Positions 54,871-64,000 are shown, counted from the stretch's first letter. The stretch: DNA of 64,000 nt from Thermoanaerobaculia bacterium (GCA_035636095.1 DASPZU010000066.1:16545-80544); one strand, 5' to 3'. Numbers and translations: made by a program. Notes: generated by a model not told the origin, from the sequence alone.

Positions 54871-56054
54871 CGGCCGTGGAAGATGTCGGCCACGACCTCG
54901 GCGAAAAGCGTCTGGGCCGGCTCCGGATTTCGACGACGGCTCTGCGCGCGTACACGATGGTGTTCGCGCTGATCGTCATCTGGATCTTTTTTCAGTTCAA
55001 GACGCGCAGCGACCTCTATCCGTACGGACTCTTTCTGCATCCGGTCAATCTGGCCAATCTGCTCAAGCAGATGTCTGTGACGGGCGTGCTGGCGGTGGGC
55101 ATGCTGCTGGTAATCGTGGCGCGGCAGATCGATCTCTCCGTCGGTTCAATCCTCGGTCTGGTGGGTGGGATCGCGGCCATGACGCAAGGGTGGGGCCTGG
55201 TGCCTTCACTCGCGTCGGCGATCGTCATCGGCACGCTGGTGGGCGCGTTCCAGGGGTCGCTGGTGGCGTACTTGAACATTCCGTCGTTCATCGTCACGTT
55301 AGGCGGGCTCCTGACCTGGCGAGGCGTGATTCTGTATCTAAGCAAAGGCGAGACGATTCCGGTGCGTCTTCCGGTGTTTCGTCTTCTCGGGGTCGCGCTC
55401 TTGACGCCGGCCTCGGGCATCGCGCTGGCGGCCATCGCGATCGTGGCGGTGATCTGGGTCAACATTCAGCGCGATCGGACGCGCCGTCGTTACGATCTCC
55501 CGGTGTCGAGCCGGCCGATGCTGCTGGCCAGGATCATCTTTCCGTCCGCGCTGATCGCGCTGTTCATCTATCTGATGAACTTGCAGGGCGGCGTACCGCT
55601 GCCGGTCATCATTCTCCTGGCCGTCGCGATCGCTGGAAATTTCCTGACGCAGAACACCACCTTCGGCCGCTACCTCTACGCCATCGGCAGCAATCCCGAT
55701 GCGGCGCGCCTCTCGGGCGTCAATTCCAGGAGACACATCCTCATCGCGTTCGCGATCCTGGGCGGGCTGGTCGGGATTGCCTCATTGCTGCACACCGGTC
55801 GCGTCGGGAGCGCATCGCCCGACGCCGGAACGCTGATGGAGCTCGACGCGATCGCGGCATGCGTGATCGGCGGAACGAGTCTGATGGGCGGCCGCGGAAA
55901 AGTCGCCGGCGCGCTGCTGGGCGCCCTGGTGATGGCGAGCCTCGACAACGGCATGTCGCTGCTGAGCGTCGAGAACGCGACGCAGTACATCATCAAGGGC
56001 GCGGTGCTGGTGGCGGCGGTCGGATTCGATATGGCCGGACGCAGGAAGAGCTAG
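54867..56054 (+). CDS. xylH: xylose ABC transporter permease
   Basis: About 10 TM helices and 'YLYAIGSNPDAARLSGV' (a conserved sugar-permease loop). ATGA overlap with xylG. Confidence 0.8.
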
Positions 56055-56536
56055 TGGATCAGGAACAATCCCTGCGAGAACAATTGCAAAAGCTCCTGGA
56101 CTGGGAGGACGCTCACGTCAGCTTCGATCGCGCCATCAAGGGAATCGATCCGAAAAAATATGGCGAGGTGCCGGAAGGCTTCGCGCATTCGGTATGGCAA
56201 CTGATCGAGCACATCCGTCGATGTCAATTCGATATCCTCGACTTCTGTCGCAACGCAAAGTACGAAGAACCGTCGTCGATGGAAGAGTATTGGCCCGCGT
56301 CCGCGGCGCCGCCCTCACGCGATGCCTGGCGTGAGAGCGTTACCGCGTTTCATCGCGATCGCGAGGAGCTGAAGAAGCTCGCCATGGACCCGAAAGTCGA
56401 TCTCTTCTCGAAGATCCCGCACGGGTCGGGGCAGACCTATTTGCGCGAGCTGCTTCTGGTGGCCGATCACAACGCTTACCACGTCGGCCAGATCGTCGCG
56501 ACCCGCCGGGCCCTGGGGAACTGGTCTAACATCTGA
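56054..56536 (+). CDS. DinB family protein
   Basis: 'HSVWQLIEHI' and 'ADHNAYHVGQI' His-containing helices. The GTG start overlaps the xylH TAG by 1 nt. Confidence 0.65.
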   Translation: MDQEQSLREQLQKLLDWEDAHVSFDRAIKGIDPKKYGEVPEGFAHSVWQLIEHIRRCQFDILDFCRNAKYEEPSSMEEYWPASAAPPSRDAWRESVTAFHRDREELKKLAMDPKVDLFSKIPHGSGQTYLRELLLVADHNAYHVGQIVATRRALGNWSNI

Positions 56537-56543
56537 TTCTTCG

Positions 56544-58838
56544 ATGATTGGACAAACCGTTTCGCACTACCGAATCCTGTCGCGGCTGGGTGGCGGGGGG
56601 ATGGGCGTGGTTTACGAAGCCGAGGACGCGCGGCTGCATCGGCGCGTGGCGTTGAAGTTTCTTCCCGAAGACACAGTTGCGGACGCTGCGGCGCTGCAGC
56701 GTTTTCGCCGCGAGGCTGAAGCGGCGTCGGCGCTCAACCACCCGCACATCTGCACCATTTACGATATCGGCGAGCACGAGGGCCGTCCGTTCATCGTGAT
56801 GGAGAAGCTGGAAGGGCAGACGCTCTCGACCCTGATCACGTCGAGGCCGATGCCGCTCGAGCGCATCCTCACCATCGGAAGCGAGGTCGCGGAAGCGCTG
56901 ACGGCAGCGCACGAGGCCGGAATCATCCATCGCGACATCAAGCCGGCCAACATTTTCGTCACCAAGCGCGGCGATGCCAAGCTGCTCGACTTCGGGCTGG
57001 CGAGACTCGATGCCAGCGACATCTCGGCGACTCCCGCCAGCGCCACCGACGTGCAGGCCGAACATCTCACCAAACCAGGCACGACCATCGGCACGATCGC
57101 GTATATGTCGCCGGAGCAGGCGCGCGGCGAGGCTGTCGACGCGAGGTCCGATCTTTTTTCCCTCGGCGCGGTGTTGTACGAGATGGCCACCGGTGTCCGT
57201 CCGTTCCGTGGGGCGACGTCATCGATCATCGCGGATGCCATCGTCAACGGCGATGTTCCTCCGCCGTCTCAAATCAACGGCGAGCTGCCGCACGACTTCG
57301 ATCAGGTCATTCTCAGCGCACTCGAAAAAGATCGGGAATTGCGCGTGCAGAGCGCGGCCGAGCTCCGCGCAGCGCTGTTGCGGCTGCGGCGCGACACATC
57401 ATCCGCAAAGTCGGCGGTTTCGGTTCGAAAGCGAGCGAATCGGAAATGGCCGGCAATCGGCGGCGTCGCGCTGATTGCGATCGTGATCATCGGTAGTTGG
57501 TTTGTCACGAGGGGTCGTCATGAGGCTGCCCCGGTCGCCGTGGCGAAAGATCGGATGATGATTGCAGTCCTGCCATTCGAAAACATGAGCGGTGATGCCG
57601 CGCAGGAGTACTTCACGGATGGCCTGACCGAAGACACGACCACCGAATTCGGTCGCGTTTCACCCGACCGCCTCGGCGTCATCGCGCGCTCCTCAGCGAT
57701 GCGCTACAAAAAGGCCAACGCCGACGTGCGGACGATCGGACGCGAGCTGGGCGTCGATTACATCGTCGAGGGGAGTGTGCGGCGGGCGGGCGATCGCGTT
57801 CGCGTCGCAGCTCAACTGGTCCGTGCCACCGATGGCACGCAGGTTTGGGCGGAAACGTATGACCGCACCGTCGATGACATTCTTGCCATGCAGTCCGAGC
57901 TTGCGCGCGACGTCGCGAACGCGGTGCAGGTCAAAACCGTCACGTCACCGGTCAGCCCGCGCAGCGTCGTAGGTCCCGTGACCGAACGAGGCAAAGAAGC
58001 CTTGTTGCGCGCCCGATTTCTTCTCACGAGCGGCGGCGCGGCGAATCGACGCGAAGCCGTTCAATACATGCAGCAAGCGGCTGCCAGCGATCCCAATTCG
58101 GCGCTGGTGAATACCGAGCTTGCGCTCGCGCTGTATTCCCAGTCGACGGTCGATCTCGCGCCTGAGGAGATCGTTCCGAAGGCACGAGCGGCAGTCGAAC
58201 GAGCATTGCAGCTCAACGCTAATGTCCCCGAGGCGCACGCGATCCTCGGTCGGATGCTCCTCGAGTATTACTGGAATTGGGCGGAGGCAGAGCGCGAGTT
58301 CAGACGCGCCATTGCGCTCGATCCGAATCTCGCTGAGGCTCGTATGGATTACGCCGTTTTGCTCGTCTCATCCGGTCGCATCCGCGATGGTTTGATGGAG
58401 GCCGCCCGCGCGCGCCAGCTCGATCCGTTTGCTGAAAGCCACAATCCGCACGCCCTGGGCCTCCTTCAACAAGGGCAGCAGTGGACTCTGCTGATCGAAC
58501 AATCGCGGAAAGCCATTCGCATCACGCCGAATAATGATTTGGCGTACTGCATGCTCGCCTATGGCCTTCTCGGCCGGGGAGAGAAGTCGGCCGCCCTTCA
58601 AGCTGCCGATCAGGCGATCGCGATGAAGCCGACGCAGTTGACTCGCGCATTAACGGCGTATCTATACGCCGCGGCCGGACGTCCGGACATCGCGCGCTCG
58701 ATGCTGCAACAACTTCAGGCCGCGGCTGAAAAACGGTTCGTGTGTTTTTACACCGTCGGCTTGATCTATCACGTGCTCGGCGAAGATGAGAAGGCTCTTG
58801 CGGCGCTCGAACGCGGATATCAAACGCGAACCGGGTGA
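56544..58838 (+). CDS. Ser/Thr protein kinase with TM helix, periplasmic-like domain and TPR repeats; ends at a TGA that interrupts the conserved C-terminal tail
   Basis: 'GGGGMGVVYEA..VALK', 'HRDIKPANI', 'DFGLA' and 'YMSPEQ'. The same frame continues after TGA 58836 as 'MIWIGVDPRFDTLRKDPRFIDLMRRVG'. Confidence 0.8.
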   Translation: MIGQTVSHYRILSRLGGGGMGVVYEAEDARLHRRVALKFLPEDTVADAAALQRFRREAEAASALNHPHICTIYDIGEHEGRPFIVMEKLEGQTLSTLITSRPMPLERILTIGSEVAEALTAAHEAGIIHRDIKPANIFVTKRGDAKLLDFGLARLDASDISATPASATDVQAEHLTKPGTTIGTIAYMSPEQARGEAVDARSDLFSLGAVLYEMATGVRPFRGATSSIIADAIVNGDVPPPSQINGELPHDFDQVILSALEKDRELRVQSAAELRAALLRLRRDTSSAKSAVSVRKRANRKWPAIGGVALIAIVIIGSWFVTRGRHEAAPVAVAKDRMMIAVLPFENMSGDAAQEYFTDGLTEDTTTEFGRVSPDRLGVIARSSAMRYKKANADVRTIGRELGVDYIVEGSVRRAGDRVRVAAQLVRATDGTQVWAETYDRTVDDILAMQSELARDVANAVQVKTVTSPVSPRSVVGPVTERGKEALLRARFLLTSGGAANRREAVQYMQQAAASDPNSALVNTELALALYSQSTVDLAPEEIVPKARAAVERALQLNANVPEAHAILGRMLLEYYWNWAEAEREFRRAIALDPNLAEARMDYAVLLVSSGRIRDGLMEAARARQLDPFAESHNPHALGLLQQGQQWTLLIEQSRKAIRITPNNDLAYCMLAYGLLGRGEKSAALQAADQAIAMKPTQLTRALTAYLYAAAGRPDIARSMLQQLQAAAEKRFVCFYTVGLIYHVLGEDEKALAALERGYQTRTG

Positions 58839-58847
58839 ATGATCTGG

Positions 58848-58866
58848 ATCGGGGTGGATCCCCGAT
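58848..58866 (+). other. hairpin 9 nt downstream of TGA 58836 (SECIS-like candidate)
   Basis: ATCGGGG (58848-58854) pairs with CCCCGAT (58860-58866). The loop is TGGAT (58855-58859). Confidence 0.3.
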
Positions 58867-58932
58867 TCGACACCTTGCGCAAAGATCCTCGCTTCATCGA
58901 CCTGATGCGGCGCGTCGGAACGCCCGCGCTTG

Positions 58933-59334
58933 TTAAGCCATCGACGGCACACGCTTCGCTGCAGGAGCGATCTGCTCCTGTCGCACTTCTGACAATCGCG
59001 CCAGCGCGAATGCGCCGCACGCCATCACCACATCGCGCACCGCGACGTCAAAGTATTGCCCGGTCGTGATGAGGTTGACTGCGATCAGGGCCAGCCACGC
59101 CGCAACGACGTAGCCGCCGAGGCGTGTGAAACCGGCGAGAACGACGATGCCTACGACGATTTCGATCGCGCCTGCGATGTGCATCAATGCCGCGGCTGGC
59201 AGCGGAGATAGCGGGCTGACGTATTTCTCCCAATTGGTGAGCAGATTGAAGTATTTGTCGAGTCCGGCCAGCAGCGCTGTGAGTCCGAACGCGATTCGAA
59301 GGGTCCACAACGCGGAATTGATTCGTGAATCCAT
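58933..59334 (-). CDS. DoxX family membrane protein
   Basis: Four TM helices; 'LWTLRIAFGLTALLAGLDKYFN'. Confidence 0.6.
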   Translation of the reverse strand: MDSRINSALWTLRIAFGLTALLAGLDKYFNLLTNWEKYVSPLSPLPAAALMHIAGAIEIVVGIVVLAGFTRLGGYVVAAWLALIAVNLITTGQYFDVAVRDVVMACGAFALARLSEVRQEQIAPAAKRVPSMA

Positions 59335-59416
59335 GTTTTCCTCCTAAACGATTGGAGTCGCGAACCGCGGTTTGGTGACAGTGTCACGTTTTCGGCCGGC
59401 GGGCATCTAATACGAT

Positions 59417-60064
59417 ATGACCGACTCTGAAGTCGTCAGGCGCGTTCTCGACGGCGACCCAGCCCTCTTCGAGACGCTCATGCGCCGGCATAACCAGCGG
59501 ATGTACCGCGCCGTTCGCGCGATCCTCCGCTCCGACGACGCGGTCGAAGACGTTGTGCAGCAGGCGTATCTGAACGCCTACACGCATCTCGATCAATTCG
59601 CCGGCAACGCGCAGTTCTCGACCTGGCTGACGCGCATCGCGGTGAACGAGGCTCTCGGACATCGGCGCAGGCAGGGCCTGCCCTTTGAGGAAGGTGAGGA
59701 GTATGACGTGGCCGATAGGAAAACGCCTGATCCCGAGCGGCAGGCCGCCGCTTCAGAGCTGCGGCAGGTGATGGAAGAGGAAGTCGAATCTTTACCCGAT
59801 GCGTTTCGGGTTGCCTTTGTGATGCGAGAAGTCGAAGGCCTCAGCACCACCGAGACCGCCGACTCGCTGGGCATTTCGGAAGATCTGGTCAAAACGCGAC
59901 TGCACCGCGCGCGAGCGATGCTCCGCGACAATCTTTACAAGCGCGCCGGCATCACCGTCGAGTCGCTCTTCGAGTTCGGCAATGCCCGATGCGATCGGGT
60001 GGTCAATGCCGTCATGAAGATGCTTCCTACAGTTTTCCGATCATCCGATTCAGCGACTGCATAG
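59417..60064 (+). CDS. ECF-type RNA polymerase sigma factor with ~45-aa C-terminal extension
   Basis: Region 2 'DAVEDVVQQAYLNAYTHLDQFAGNAQFSTWLTRIAVNEAL' and region 4 'AFVMREVEGLSTTETADSLGISEDLVKTRLHRAR'. No adjacent anti-sigma gene. Confidence 0.85.
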   Translation: MTDSEVVRRVLDGDPALFETLMRRHNQRMYRAVRAILRSDDAVEDVVQQAYLNAYTHLDQFAGNAQFSTWLTRIAVNEALGHRRRQGLPFEEGEEYDVADRKTPDPERQAAASELRQVMEEEVESLPDAFRVAFVMREVEGLSTTETADSLGISEDLVKTRLHRARAMLRDNLYKRAGITVESLFEFGNARCDRVVNAVMKMLPTVFRSSDSATA

Positions 60065-60593
60065 TGACGAACTGCATGCTGCTTCGGCGCTGAAACTGAA
60101 TTGCTTCGGCGAGGATGGCGTTCAGCCGGCGCGTGTAGCGGAAGTCGTAGAACAGTTTCTTCAGATCGGGATAAAACCATCCACAGATCGCGAGGAAGAA
60201 TGCAAACGCGTCGATGAAAATCGGGATGAACGGCACCTTCACGATGATGCCGCCGACCGTCAGGCCGATCAGCGTGAAGGTCGCGCGCGCGAGCAGATCG
60301 CCGTGGCGCCAGACGTCGTAAGACGCGCGCTCGAGACGATTCTGCCGCTCGGCGATCTCCACGTACTGCGGTAGCGCGGTGTGCAGCACTTCGTCTTCGA
60401 CGGTCGTCCAGTACGCAGGATCGCCGCCCGCCTCGTCGAATGCCAGTCGCGCTGTGGCCAGCTTCCGGCGCGCGTTGGCTTCCATCGCTTTGGCCAGATC
60501 CTCCGGCACGGCCCGCCGTCGGTGCTCGCAATCCGCGAGCACCGCATGCACCAGGTTGGCGACATCGAATTCGCTTCCGATCAGATTCAGCAT
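60027..60593 (-). CDS. hypothetical membrane protein (last gene of SPFH operon)
   Basis: ATG 60593 is preceded by GGAGGA. Two TM helices ('FTLIGLTVGGIIV', 'IFIDAFAFFLAICGWF'). Confidence 0.55.
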   Translation of the reverse strand: MLNLIGSEFDVANLVHAVLADCEHRRRAVPEDLAKAMEANARRKLATARLAFDEAGGDPAYWTTVEDEVLHTALPQYVEIAERQNRLERASYDVWRHGDLLARATFTLIGLTVGGIIVKVPFIPIFIDAFAFFLAICGWFYPDLKKLFYDFRYTRRLNAILAEAIQFQRRSSMQFVTMQSLNRMIGKL

Positions 60594-60605
60594 GGCATCC
60601 TCCGA

Positions 60606-61610
60606 TTACTGCTCATCCTTTTGATTCTGATAACGAATCACACCCAACTGCTGGAGCAGCTTGTTGCCGTCGACAATGACGTTGCCGTTGGGCAGGCGAG
60701 GGATCTGCCGGATCTCCTTGTCTTTCAGCGCGTCGATCAACTGCAGAGTGACATACGCGTCGCCGGCGCTGCCGTTCAAAGCCGCTCGTTCCCTGCGGAT
60801 TCCTTCCGCGATCGCAGTTTTCTCGATGGTGGTCGCGCGCGCCGCCTGCTGCTTCTGAACGAGATAGGCGTCAGCCGCCCGGCGTGCCTGCGCCAATTGA
60901 CCATTGGCGGCGGTGAGATGCTGCGTCAGCTCGGCGATCTTCGACTGCAGGTTTGCTTGATTCGCCTCTCGGGTCGCGAGGATCTCGGCTTCGAGCTTCT
61001 CGGCCTGCTTCTCGGCTTCCTTCCTCTGATTGATGAGGTTCTGGTATTCGCTCTTGAACGCGAAGTCGCCGAGGATGACCTGTTCGATGATGACGCCGTA
61101 GGGTTTCAGATGGTCGGCCAGCGTTTCAGTCGCGAAGGCTGCTGCCCGAAACCGCAGATCAGGATTGTAAAACTCCTCCGAATCGAGACGATTGAGCACG
61201 TCGCGCACGTAGCCGCGCGCCAGCGGACGGATGAGCCGGTCCTTGATGTCGGCCGTGCTTGGACCGACTTCCTTCCACAAAAACTCCACGCGTGCCGGAT
61301 CGACGCGCCACCGGACGGTGACGTCGGTCTCGATGTCATTTCCATCACGCGTCTTGAAGCGTAGATCGTCTTTGCCCGATCGATCGCCGGTGTCCGACTG
61401 GGCCGTCATCACCAGGTTCTGCGTGGAGACGTCGAAGGTCTTCCAGTCATTGACGAACGGCGCGAAGAAGTACGTCGCACCGGGATCGGCGCGCTCGACC
61501 GAGCCGGTCATCTTGTTGAATCGGACGCCAACCTGTGTCGCACTGGTGTGGTGCGGCACGCAGGACGTCATCGTCACGATGGTTGCGAAAAGAATGAGTG
61601 CTCGTTTCAT
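60606..61610 (-). CDS. SPFH / band-7 domain lipoprotein
   Basis: Lipobox 'IVTMTSC', an SPFH core and a long coiled coil 'QRKEAEKQAEKLEAEILATREANQANLQSKIAELTQ'. SD AGGAGG. Confidence 0.7.
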   Translation of the reverse strand: MKRALILFATIVTMTSCVPHHTSATQVGVRFNKMTGSVERADPGATYFFAPFVNDWKTFDVSTQNLVMTAQSDTGDRSGKDDLRFKTRDGNDIETDVTVRWRVDPARVEFLWKEVGPSTADIKDRLIRPLARGYVRDVLNRLDSEEFYNPDLRFRAAAFATETLADHLKPYGVIIEQVILGDFAFKSEYQNLINQRKEAEKQAEKLEAEILATREANQANLQSKIAELTQHLTAANGQLAQARRAADAYLVQKQQAARATTIEKTAIAEGIRRERAALNGSAGDAYVTLQLIDALKDKEIRQIPRLPNGNVIVDGNKLLQQLGVIRYQNQKDEQ

Positions 61611-61622
61611 GGATGCCTCCTG

Positions 61623-62669
61623 TTACTGATGATTTCTCGAGATGCGACCGACATCGGTCGGATCTTCGGTGATGTAGATCGGTCCCTGGATGGCGTTGAG
61701 AAGCGCGAGTCCTTTGCGCAACCGCAGCAGCTTTTCGGAGCCGGCGCCCTCCATGGCGCGATTGATCTGCGCCGAGCCCGCCGCCTCCGCGCTCCGCACC
61801 AGCAGGTCGCCTTCGGCGTGTTTCTGCCTCTCGTACAAGTCTTTCAGCGCGTTGATCTCGGTGATCTGCGCTTGAAACTCGGCCGTCTTGACGTTGATGA
61901 GGTTTTGCCCTTCGGCGCTGATCTGATTGAGCCGCGTCTGCACCTCGGCCTGTTTGGCCAGGGCGCGATTGGCGAGGACGGATTGATCCTGAATCTTTTT
62001 CTGCTCCGTCAGCTTCTGGAACGTCGAGGGGTAGTCGTACTGACGTACAACCACGTCGGAGAGCTGCAGGCCGTTTTCGGCAAAGCGGGCTGCCAGCTCG
62101 CGTCGCAGATCGTTGACTTTTTCAGCCCGGCGATCGCGATAGAACTCCTCCGCTCGCAGCTCGCCCAGGTGATGCTTGACGCCGGGATCGGTAAAGCGGA
62201 TCACGACGCTGTCTTCGTAAGCCTTCCCGAAACCGAAGCGCGTGACGACCAGGTAAGGATTCGCGATCCGGTAGAGAACGCTGACGTCGATGCTGACCGG
62301 GTACCCATCAACCGTGGGACAGTTGATCGCCGCCATTACGCGATGCCGCTGTTCGCTCTCGACAGGGTTGTTCGTGAATTCGATGACCTGCAGATCGCGA
62401 GGGAAGGTGAAGATGTGCTCGTAGCCCACGATCTCGCGGCGGTAGCCCGATCCAACCAGCGTTTTCTGCAGGCCCTTGTGCGGGCCGAACGAGACCTGGC
62501 GCAGCCCAACCTGATCGGGCGCGACGTACGTGGTTGCGCAGCCGCGCACGATCAGCAGCGGCACGACGATCAGAAGCGTGAATCGAATCGTCTTTCCGAA
62601 TCTCGAGCGCACGCGCGCGAGAAAATCAGACTCGACTCGGAAGCGGGGGACACTGGTGAAGGCGGTCAT
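61623..62669 (-). CDS. SPFH / band-7 domain protein
   Basis: N-terminal TM 'FTLLIVVPLLIV', an SPFH core and a coiled-coil C-terminal half. Confidence 0.7.
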   Translation of the reverse strand: MTAFTSVPRFRVESDFLARVRSRFGKTIRFTLLIVVPLLIVRGCATTYVAPDQVGLRQVSFGPHKGLQKTLVGSGYRREIVGYEHIFTFPRDLQVIEFTNNPVESEQRHRVMAAINCPTVDGYPVSIDVSVLYRIANPYLVVTRFGFGKAYEDSVVIRFTDPGVKHHLGELRAEEFYRDRRAEKVNDLRRELAARFAENGLQLSDVVVRQYDYPSTFQKLTEQKKIQDQSVLANRALAKQAEVQTRLNQISAEGQNLINVKTAEFQAQITEINALKDLYERQKHAEGDLLVRSAEAAGSAQINRAMEGAGSEKLLRLRKGLALLNAIQGPIYITEDPTDVGRISRNHQ

Positions 62670-62703
62670 GGTGACTCCTTTCGTTGGGGGGAATCGAGAA
62701 GGT

Positions 62704-63225
62704 TTAAGGTTTTCGTTTTGAGCCGTGACGGCGGCGCGTCTTGACGGGCGGCGTGGCCTGAACGTCGAAAGCCTTGCAGAGATGGTCGATCAGCTCGCGA
62801 TTCTCGACCAAGGAGCCCAGCAGCAGGATGCACTTGCGCGACTCGGGATGCTTCGCGATGGCGAGCAGAGCGTTGCGCAGCGCGCCATCCTCGCTCCATT
62901 CCTCGGCGCCGTCGATCAGCCAGGCGTCCAGGCGGTCATCGGCAGTGGTCCGTAGACGCCGTCCGACGTGCAGCGGCAGGCCTTCGATGTCATCGACGAG
63001 ATAACCGGGATGCACGTGGAAGAAGCGGGCGAGGAGCATGCGGGTGGTGGCGGTCAGATGCGGCCGCGTGCCGTTTTCGATCTGTGACAAGTACGACTGG
63101 CTGACGCGGCCACCCAGCTCGTTCTCGATTCCACGCGAGACCTCGGCCTGTGTCAGCTCGCGGCTGAGGCCGCGGGCGGCCCCCTCGACGATTCGTAGCT
63201 CTCGGAGTTTTTCGCCTAGTATCAT
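62704..63225 (-). CDS. XRE-family HTH protein with uncharacterised C-terminal domain
   Basis: 'LRELRIVEGAARGLSRELTQAEVSRGI..SQSYLSQIENGTR' HTH_3-type motif. ATG 63225 is chosen. Confidence 0.7.
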   Translation of the reverse strand: MILGEKLRELRIVEGAARGLSRELTQAEVSRGIENELGGRVSQSYLSQIENGTRPHLTATTRMLLARFFHVHPGYLVDDIEGLPLHVGRRLRTTADDRLDAWLIDGAEEWSEDGALRNALLAIAKHPESRKCILLLGSLVENRELIDHLCKAFDVQATPPVKTRRRHGSKRKP

Positions 63226-63256
63226 TGCAATATGCAATATATGGCTATTTGCGATA
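63224..63256. promoter_or_regulatory. AT-rich repeat cluster (candidate XRE operator / promoter)
   Basis: Palindrome ATTGCAAT (63224-63231), tandem TGCAATA x2 (63226-63239) and a related TGCGATA (63250-63256), all in an 89-bp divergent intergenic region. Confidence 0.3.
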
Positions 63257-63314
63257 ATTGTCAAGGCGGTCGGGAGCCTCCGATTGGGCCGATTTAGGTG
63301 ATAATTCCTTGCGC

Positions 63315-64000
63315 ATGACGGAATTGGTGCAATGGGGGAAGGTCATCGACCAGACCCGCTGCATCGGTTGCCACGCCTGCAGCACGGCCTGCAAATCCGA
63401 AAATGCGGTCCCGCTGGGCGTCAACCGGACGTACGTCAAGTCGGTCGATGTCGGTCAGTTTCCAACTGCACGACGCGCCTTTCAGGTCACGCGCTGCAAT
63501 CAGTGCGATCACCCGCCGTGCGTGACCGCCTGTCCGACCACGGCCATGTTCCGCCGGCCGGACGGCATCGTCGACTTCGACAAAAGCATCTGCATCGGAT
63601 GCAAGGCCTGTATCGCGGCCTGTCCTTACGATGCCATCTTCATCAATCCCGAAGACCACTCGGCGGAGAAATGTAATTTCTGCGCCCATCGGATCGAGGT
63701 CGGACTGGAGCCGGCGTGCGTCATCGTCTGTCCGACCGAGGCCATCATCGTCGGGAATTTGAAGGATCCGGAATCGCGCGTCTCGAAGTACGTCAATCGC
63801 GATGTCGTGGCGGTGCGCCGTCCGGAGAAAGAAACGTATCCGAAGCTGTTCTACAAGGGCGCGCATCAGGCGACCCTGGATCCTCTGGCGGCGACGCGAC
63901 CCGAGGGCGGAATTTTCATGTGGAGCGAGCAGGGAGGCGGCGTGAGCTCCGGTCATCCTGGATTCGCGAACAATGTCGCGGCGGCTATGCTCTCCTACGA
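63315..64000 (+). CDS. 4Fe-4S dicluster oxidoreductase subunit (NrfC/PsrB-like), 3' end outside window
   Basis: Not in the ORF track because there is no stop inside the window. My translation from ATG 63315 gives 'CIGCHACSTAC', 'CNQCDHPPCVTACP', 'CIGCKACIAACP' and 'CNFCAHR..CVIVCP'. Confidence 0.8.
   Translation, partial: MTELVQWGKVIDQTRCIGCHACSTACKSENAVPLGVNRTYVKSVDVGQFPTARRAFQVTRCNQCDHPPCVTACPTTAMFRRPDGIVDFDKSICIGCKACIAACPYDAIFINPEDHSAEKCNFCAHRIEVGLEPACVIVCPTEAIIVGNLKDPESRVSKYVNRDVVAVRRPEKETYPKLFYKGAHQATLDPLAATRPEGGIFMWSEQGGGVSSGHPGFANNVAAAMLSY

Noticed and set aside
58839-59069. 76-aa ORF as an independent gene
   Set aside because: Its first 27 residues are the conserved C-terminal tail of the upstream kinase-TPR protein, in the same frame. 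The rest overlaps DoxX. It is treated as part of the TGA-interruption finding rather than as a separate gene.
60593-62669. Same-frame adjacency of the three downstream SPFH-operon genes (and of 38978/38991), which looked like further stop-codon readthrough candidates
   Set aside because: Each downstream ORF has its own ATG preceded by a strong SD (AGGAGG, GGAGGA, AAGGAGG), and the upstream proteins end at natural C-termini. The shared frame is coincidental.

Overview
High-GC (roughly 60-65% by eye), densely coding bacterial chromosomal segment with about 65 protein genes. I found no rRNA, tRNA or CRISPR array. The gene content suggests a soil Acidobacteriota-like organism: a CarboxypepD_reg-type TonB-dependent receptor, a Ser/Thr kinase-TPR fusion, DUF1080, DUF5916 and PepSY proteins, and many secreted glycoside hydrolases. 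That assignment is inference from remembered family motifs, not a database search.

Main blocks, in order:
- 1-4.2 kb: GAF-HisKA_3 kinase, NarL regulator, DHFR-like gene and DUF899 gene in one operon.
- 4.2-7.7 kb: stress-type minus-strand cluster (cNMP-TrxR-like, Dps, DksA-like, PEP-mutase family).
- 7.7-16 kb: pirin, CDF transporter, and LysR with a sterol desaturase and a PQQ beta-propeller gene.
- 16-20 kb: PepSY, DUF1080, ChrB, DUF1259 and a ChrB-C-terminal-domain gene.
- 21-26 kb: cytochrome c, porin, two YceI genes and a second GAF kinase/NarL pair.
- 28-36 kb: large Y_Y_Y-PAS-GGDEF-EAL sensor, S8 peptidase, cardiolipin synthase and a PilZ protein.
- 40-56 kb: glycan-use region with GH31, TonB-dependent receptor, GH13, GH3, GH18 and xylFGH.
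- 56-64 kb: Ser/Thr kinase, DoxX, ECF sigma factor, an XRE-SPFH-SPFH-membrane operon, and a 3'-truncated 4Fe-4S oxidoreductase subunit.

Most interesting signals:
1. Three otherwise intact conserved reading frames are each broken by one in-frame TGA (3395, 12628, 58836). Each TGA is followed 10-25 nt downstream by a stable hairpin. One TGA replaces the first Cys of a thioredoxin-like CxxC motif. Another is followed by a hairpin with a GGUC tetraloop at almost the same spacing as the E. coli fdhF SECIS. These are candidate selenocysteine or UGA-recoding sites; the alternatives are nonsense pseudogenes or sequence errors.
2. The 440-bp gap upstream of pirin holds a tandem structured repeat plus an intrinsic terminator.
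3. A MITE-like element with 23-nt terminal inverted repeats is present twice, both times between convergent gene ends.
4. A 92-bp perfect foldback element and an opposite-strand gene split xylF from xylGH.

All homology calls rest on motifs read from the translations and need database confirmation.
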